From the NCBI GenBank assembly GCA_963749705.1, contig CAVVNQ010000006.1, positions 1-64,000 on the forward strand: a stretch of 64,000 bases of DNA. Direction: 5' to 3'. The DNA comes from an uncultured Chloroflexia bacterium. Its GTDB lineage: Bacteria > Chloroflexota > Limnocylindria > Limnocylindrales > CSP1-4. A model generated the notes under the pieces. It had not been told where the DNA came from, searched no databases, and was given only the letters and a program-made list of their open reading frames with translations. The translations under genes were made by a program, and so were the position numbers. Positions 60,365 through 64,000 of the stretch are shown here, in pieces. The number at the start of each line of letters is the position of its first letter. The stretch's first letter is position 1.

Positions 60365-61600
60365 TCAGACGCGTTCGAACGCCATCGCGACCGATCCCCC
60401 ACCGCCGAGGCACAGCGTCGCCATCCCGTAGCGGCCCTCCCGCCGGCGCAGCTCGTGCAGGAGCGTGGCCACGATCCGCGCGCCAGACGCCCCGATCGGA
60501 TGCCCCAGCGCGATCGCGCCGCCGTTGACGTTGACCCTGGACCAGTCGAAGCCGAGCTCGCGCCCGTCGGCCAGCGTCTGGGCAGCGAACGCCTCGTTGA
60601 TCTCGATCAGGTCGAAGTCGGCGGGTGAAAGCCCCGTCTTCGCCTCCAGTCCGCGCACCCCCTGGATCGGCGCGAGGAACAGCCACCTGGGCGTGACCTC
60701 GGCCTGCGCGTAGCCGACGATCCGGGCGAGGGGCTTGAGGCCGTGCTGCTCCACCGCGCGCTCGGACGCGACGACGGTGGCCGCACCGCCGTCCGTGATC
60801 CCGGGGGCGTTGCCGGCCGTGACGGTGCCGCTGGTCGCGTCGCCGCGATCCTCGCCGGTCGGGAGGTCGAACACCGGCTTGAGCCTGGCCAGCGCCTCGG
60901 CCGTGGTGTCGCGGCGCGGGCTCTCATCGACCGCCACGACGGTCTCGCGCCCCTTCGCGTCGCGGATCGTGACCGGCGCCATCTCGTCGTCGAAACGGCC
61001 CGCGTCGATCGCTGCGACGGCCCGCAGGTGGCTCTCGAGCGCGAGCGCATCCTGGTCCTCGCGGCTGACGCGGTTGGAGATCGCGACGCGCTCCGCGTGG
61101 GTGCCCATGTGGCAGTCCTCGACCGAGCACCACAGGCCGTCGAGGACGGTCGAATCCTCGAGCGTCCCGTTGCCCAGTCGGTAGCCGAAGCGCGCCTTGC
61201 GCAGCAGGAACGGCGCCTGGTTCATCGACTCCATGCCGCCCGCGACGTACACGTCGCCGTCGCCCGCGCGGATCCCGGCCGCCGCGAACATGATCGACTT
61301 GAGCCCGGAGCCGCACACGCGGTTGATCGTGGTCGCAGGGGTCGTGTCCGCAAGCCCGGCCCGAAGCAGCGCCTGGCGCGCCGGTGCCTGGCCCGCGCCC
61401 GCCTGCAGGACCTGGCCCATGATCACCTCGTCGATGGGCGAGCCCTCGGGGAGGCCCGATCGTTCGACCGAAGCGCGGATGGCGGTGGCACCCAGCTCGA
61501 CGGCGGGAACGCCGGCGAGCGCGCCGCCGAACTTGCCGATTGGGGTGCGCGCGGCGCTGACGAGATAGACGTGGCCATTGGGCCCGCTCGAGTGCTCCAT
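60365..61600 (-). CDS. Acetyl-CoA C-acetyltransferase (thiolase)
   Basis: INRVCGSGL, EINEAFA, GGAIALGHPIGASG and TLCLGGG. Confidence 0.94.
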   Translation of the reverse strand: MEHSSGPNGHVYLVSAARTPIGKFGGALAGVPAVELGATAIRASVERSGLPEGSPIDEVIMGQVLQAGAGQAPARQALLRAGLADTTPATTINRVCGSGLKSIMFAAAGIRAGDGDVYVAGGMESMNQAPFLLRKARFGYRLGNGTLEDSTVLDGLWCSVEDCHMGTHAERVAISNRVSREDQDALALESHLRAVAAIDAGRFDDEMAPVTIRDAKGRETVVAVDESPRRDTTAEALARLKPVFDLPTGEDRGDATSGTVTAGNAPGITDGGAATVVASERAVEQHGLKPLARIVGYAQAEVTPRWLFLAPIQGVRGLEAKTGLSPADFDLIEINEAFAAQTLADGRELGFDWSRVNVNGGAIALGHPIGASGARIVATLLHELRRREGRYGMATLCLGGGGSVAMAFERV

Positions 61601-61683
61601 GGCCGCAATCTACACCGCGGGAGCGCCGGGGGCCGGCCACTGGAGCGGCGGGTCGTTGCCTGGACCACGGGTCGTCACCTGTC

Positions 61684-61756
61684 CGCGGGTCCTCGCCTCG
61701 GCCGCGGGTCCTCGCCTGCCCGCGGGTCCTCGCCTGCCCGCGGGTCCTCGCCTGCC
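61684..61756. repeat. 18/19-bp tandem repeat x4 (cgcgggtcctcgcct..) abutting the family-2 element
   Basis: Read directly from the sequence. Confidence 0.8.
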
Positions 61757-61950
61757 GAATGTCCGCCAAGCGGACGCTAGCCGGCGTCGAGGCGCGGCCG
61801 GCAGCGATCCAGCCGACAGCGCCATGACGAATGCCCGCCAGGTGGACGCATTGCAGTCGGTTGGGGCGATTCGGCGCGGCCAAACCCGGAGACGCGGTCG
61901 GGACCCAGCCCGGACGCTGGCGAACGCTCGCGTGGCGGTCAAATGACATG
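61751..61950 (+). repeat. Family-2 palindromic element upstream of HTH-nuclease gene 2
   Basis: Boxes tgtccgc-caa-gcggacg (61760), tgcccgc-cag-gtggacg (61832, the same +72 spacing as the 5360 copy) and cgctcgc-gtg-gcggtca (61925). Confidence 0.72.
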
Positions 61951-62067
61951 CTGCCGGGGCGCATCGGGGTCAAGGCAACGCTGTGCTCGGCGGCGTGCTC
62001 ACATCGAAATTCGCCGCCCCGGATGCCCGGTGAGCCGCGGGTAAGCCTTCCTCGCGAGACTGCAGCG

Positions 62068-62838
62068 ATGGACGATGTCGCGGTCGGCCGAATGGTTCGA
62101 GCCGTACGCCATCGCCTCGGGAGGCGGCAGCAGGACATCGCCGATGCGACAGGCGTTTCGCGCCAGGTGGTGTCGCGGATCGAGCGTGGGCGGATCGACG
62201 AGGTATCGATCACGGCGCTGCGGGCGGTCGCTAACCGGCTCGAGATGCGGGTGGATTTCGCGGTCCGGTGGCGCGGGGGCGAGCTCGATCGGCTCGTCAA
62301 TCGTCGACACGCGGCGATGCACGAAGCCGCGCTGGCGATGTTCGCGGGCCGCGGTGGCTGGCAGGTCGTATCGGAGCTGTCGTTCAACGAATGGGGCGAG
62401 CGAGGCATCATCGATCTGGTGGGCTGGAATGCCGAACATCGCGCGCTGGCGATCATCGAGCTCAAGAGCGCCATCGTCGATCCGGGCGAGCTCGTCGGAA
62501 CGATGGACCGGCGGCGACGGCTCGGACAGCCGATCGCGCGGTCGCGAGGCTGGGATCCCGAGGCGGTCGGCAGCTGGGTGATCGTCGACGATACGCGCAC
62601 CAACCGTCGCCATCTCGCCGCGACCCGGCGGCTCCTTCGAGGCGCCTTCCCGGCCGACGGTCACGCATTGCGTCGATGGCTCAGCACCCCGTCGGCGCCG
62701 ATCGCGGGCCTCGCGTTCCTGACATCCGCCCGCAGCATGGACACTAGCCAGCGTGTCCGCCCTGGTCAGCCGGCCGCTGGCCGGAATCGCGGCGATGTCC
62801 AGGCATCCCGTCCGTCACGTGGGCGGATGACACGGTGA
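62068..62838 (+). CDS. XRE-type HTH + PD-(D/E)xK-like nuclease-domain protein (paralog of 19460..20462)
   Basis: VRAVRHRLGRRQQDIADATGVSRQVVSRIERG, then SELSF..GIIDLVGW..IIELKS..AFP..LRRWL. Confidence 0.75.
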   Translation: MDDVAVGRMVRAVRHRLGRRQQDIADATGVSRQVVSRIERGRIDEVSITALRAVANRLEMRVDFAVRWRGGELDRLVNRRHAAMHEAALAMFAGRGGWQVVSELSFNEWGERGIIDLVGWNAEHRALAIIELKSAIVDPGELVGTMDRRRRLGQPIARSRGWDPEAVGSWVIVDDTRTNRRHLAATRRLLRGAFPADGHALRRWLSTPSAPIAGLAFLTSARSMDTSQRVRPGQPAAGRNRGDVQASRPSRGRMTR

Positions 62839-62906
62839 CGGGGCTATCTCAGAGGCACACCGCCATGTGACGCCGGCGAACGCTCGCCCGATGGAAATCT
62901 GGCAGG
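62718..62906 (+). repeat. Family-2 palindromic element overlapping the 3' tail of HTH-nuclease gene 2
   Basis: Boxes at 62727, 62809 and 62881. gacgccggcgaacgctcgc matches the upstream gacgctggcgaacgctcgc, and the ends are CCTG(A/C)CA..TGGCAGG. Confidence 0.72.
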
Positions 62907-62999
62907 CAGGACGCCGGCCCGCGCAGGCAGGATGCGGACGCCGGCCGGCGCGGGCAGGCGCAGGCGGCCGGACGCGCGTGGGAGCGGACGGCCTCCGCC

Positions 63000-63860
63000 T
63001 CAGCGCGGGTACGTGTGGAACCCGCGGCCCGTCTTCTGGCCCAGATGCCCCGCGTCGACCAGCTCGATGAGAACCTTGGGCGGCGTGAACTGCGACCCCC
63101 CGATCCCCTCCTCGAGCACGCGCATCACGCCCAGGCACACGTCGAGCCCGATGAAGTCGGCGAGCTGGAGCGGGCCCATCGGGTGGTTGAGCCCGACGCG
63201 CGCACCGGTGTCGATGTCCTCGGCCGTGCCCAGGCCCTCCTCGTATGCGCGCATCGCCTCGGCGAGGAGCGGCATCAGGATGCGGTTGACGATGAACCCC
63301 GGCCGGTCCGCGGACACGATGACCTGCTTGCCGAGCTCCTCGGCCAGCTTGCGGATCGTCGCTTCCGCCGCGTCCGTCGTCGCCGAGCCGCGGATGAGCT
63401 CGATCAAGGGCATCACCGGCACCGGGCTGAAGAAGTGCATGCCGACGAAGCGCGCGCGGCGCGGCTCCCCGACCGCAGCGGCCAGGCGGTCGATGGAGAT
63501 CGACGACGTGTTCGAGGCGAACACGGCATCGGCGGGCGCGATCGCGTCGAGCGCCGCCCACAGCGTCGTCTTGACGTCGACGTCCTCGAACACGGCCTCG
63601 ATCACGAGTTCGGCATCGCTCGCGGCCGCGAGGTCGTCGGTGGTCGAGATCCGCCCGAGGATCGCGTCTCGCTCGTCGACGCCGATCTTGCTCTTGGCGA
63701 CGGCACGATCGAGGTTGCCCGCGATCCGCGCCAGGCCGGCATCGGCCCGGGTGAGATCGGGCTCGTACAGCGTGACCCGCTTGCCCACGGCGGCGTGAAC
63801 CTGGGTGATGCCGTGGCCCATCAGGCCGGCACCGGCGACGAATACGTGCTCGATGTTCAT
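63000..63860 (-). CDS. hbd: 3-hydroxybutyryl-CoA dehydrogenase
   Basis: GAGLMGHGI, ASNTSSISI, GMHFFSPVP, PGFIVNR and HPMGPL. Confidence 0.92.
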   Translation of the reverse strand: MNIEHVFVAGAGLMGHGITQVHAAVGKRVTLYEPDLTRADAGLARIAGNLDRAVAKSKIGVDERDAILGRISTTDDLAAASDAELVIEAVFEDVDVKTTLWAALDAIAPADAVFASNTSSISIDRLAAAVGEPRRARFVGMHFFSPVPVMPLIELIRGSATTDAAEATIRKLAEELGKQVIVSADRPGFIVNRILMPLLAEAMRAYEEGLGTAEDIDTGARVGLNHPMGPLQLADFIGLDVCLGVMRVLEEGIGGSQFTPPKVLIELVDAGHLGQKTGRGFHTYPR

Positions 63861-63900
63861 GGTTGGCAGCGTAGCGCGCGCAACCGCCTGTTGCCCGCCG

Positions 63901-64000
63901 TCAGCCCTGGGCGATGAGCAGCGGAACCTTGAGCTCGGCGCGGTCGAGCCCGCCGTGGAAGCCGACGAGGCGCAGCTCCCACGGAAAGCGGCGACGGTCG
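63901..64000 (-). CDS. C-terminal fragment of a probable alkaline-phosphatase/nucleotide-pyrophosphatase-family protein
   Basis: ..ELRLVGFHGGLDRAELKVPLLIAQG* resembles the GxHG..E..VPL tail of this superfamily. Confidence 0.45.
   Translation of the reverse strand, partial: DRRRFPWELRLVGFHGGLDRAELKVPLLIAQG

Overview
This is a very GC-rich bacterial genome segment. Chloroflexota or a similar soil lineage is my inference and is not verified. Many single-base frameshifts look like long-read consensus errors. Bases 1-19 kb hold a large molybdo-hydroxylase locus: form I CO dehydrogenase coxMSL (AYRCSFR motif), accessory genes (two xdhC/coxF-like, mocA, coxE, coxD, moeA-like) and a form II-type coxSLM (AYRGAGR motif) with a 2.6-kb tandem duplication. 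Downstream are an SRAP gene, an ECF sigma/anti-sigma pair, an M16 peptidase pair, copC, carAB (PyrR loops in the leader, a large repeat-derived in-frame insertion in CarB), a BTAD regulator, an MprAB/HtrA-like module with TCTCAG-N5-TCTCAG boxes, modAB, a group 1 [NiFe]-hydrogenase operon with unusual active-site substitutions and a 7-heme cytochrome c, a secreted nuclease, tRNA-Lys(CTT), ALDH, thiolase and hbd. The most novel signal is two paralogous XRE-HTH + PD-(D/E)xK-like genes (19.5 kb and 62.1 kb). Each is bracketed by two direct copies of its own family of fixed-spacing palindromic elements, and solo copies of the same families lie in other intergenic gaps. The layout resembles RAYT/REPIN systems but is built on a different enzyme.
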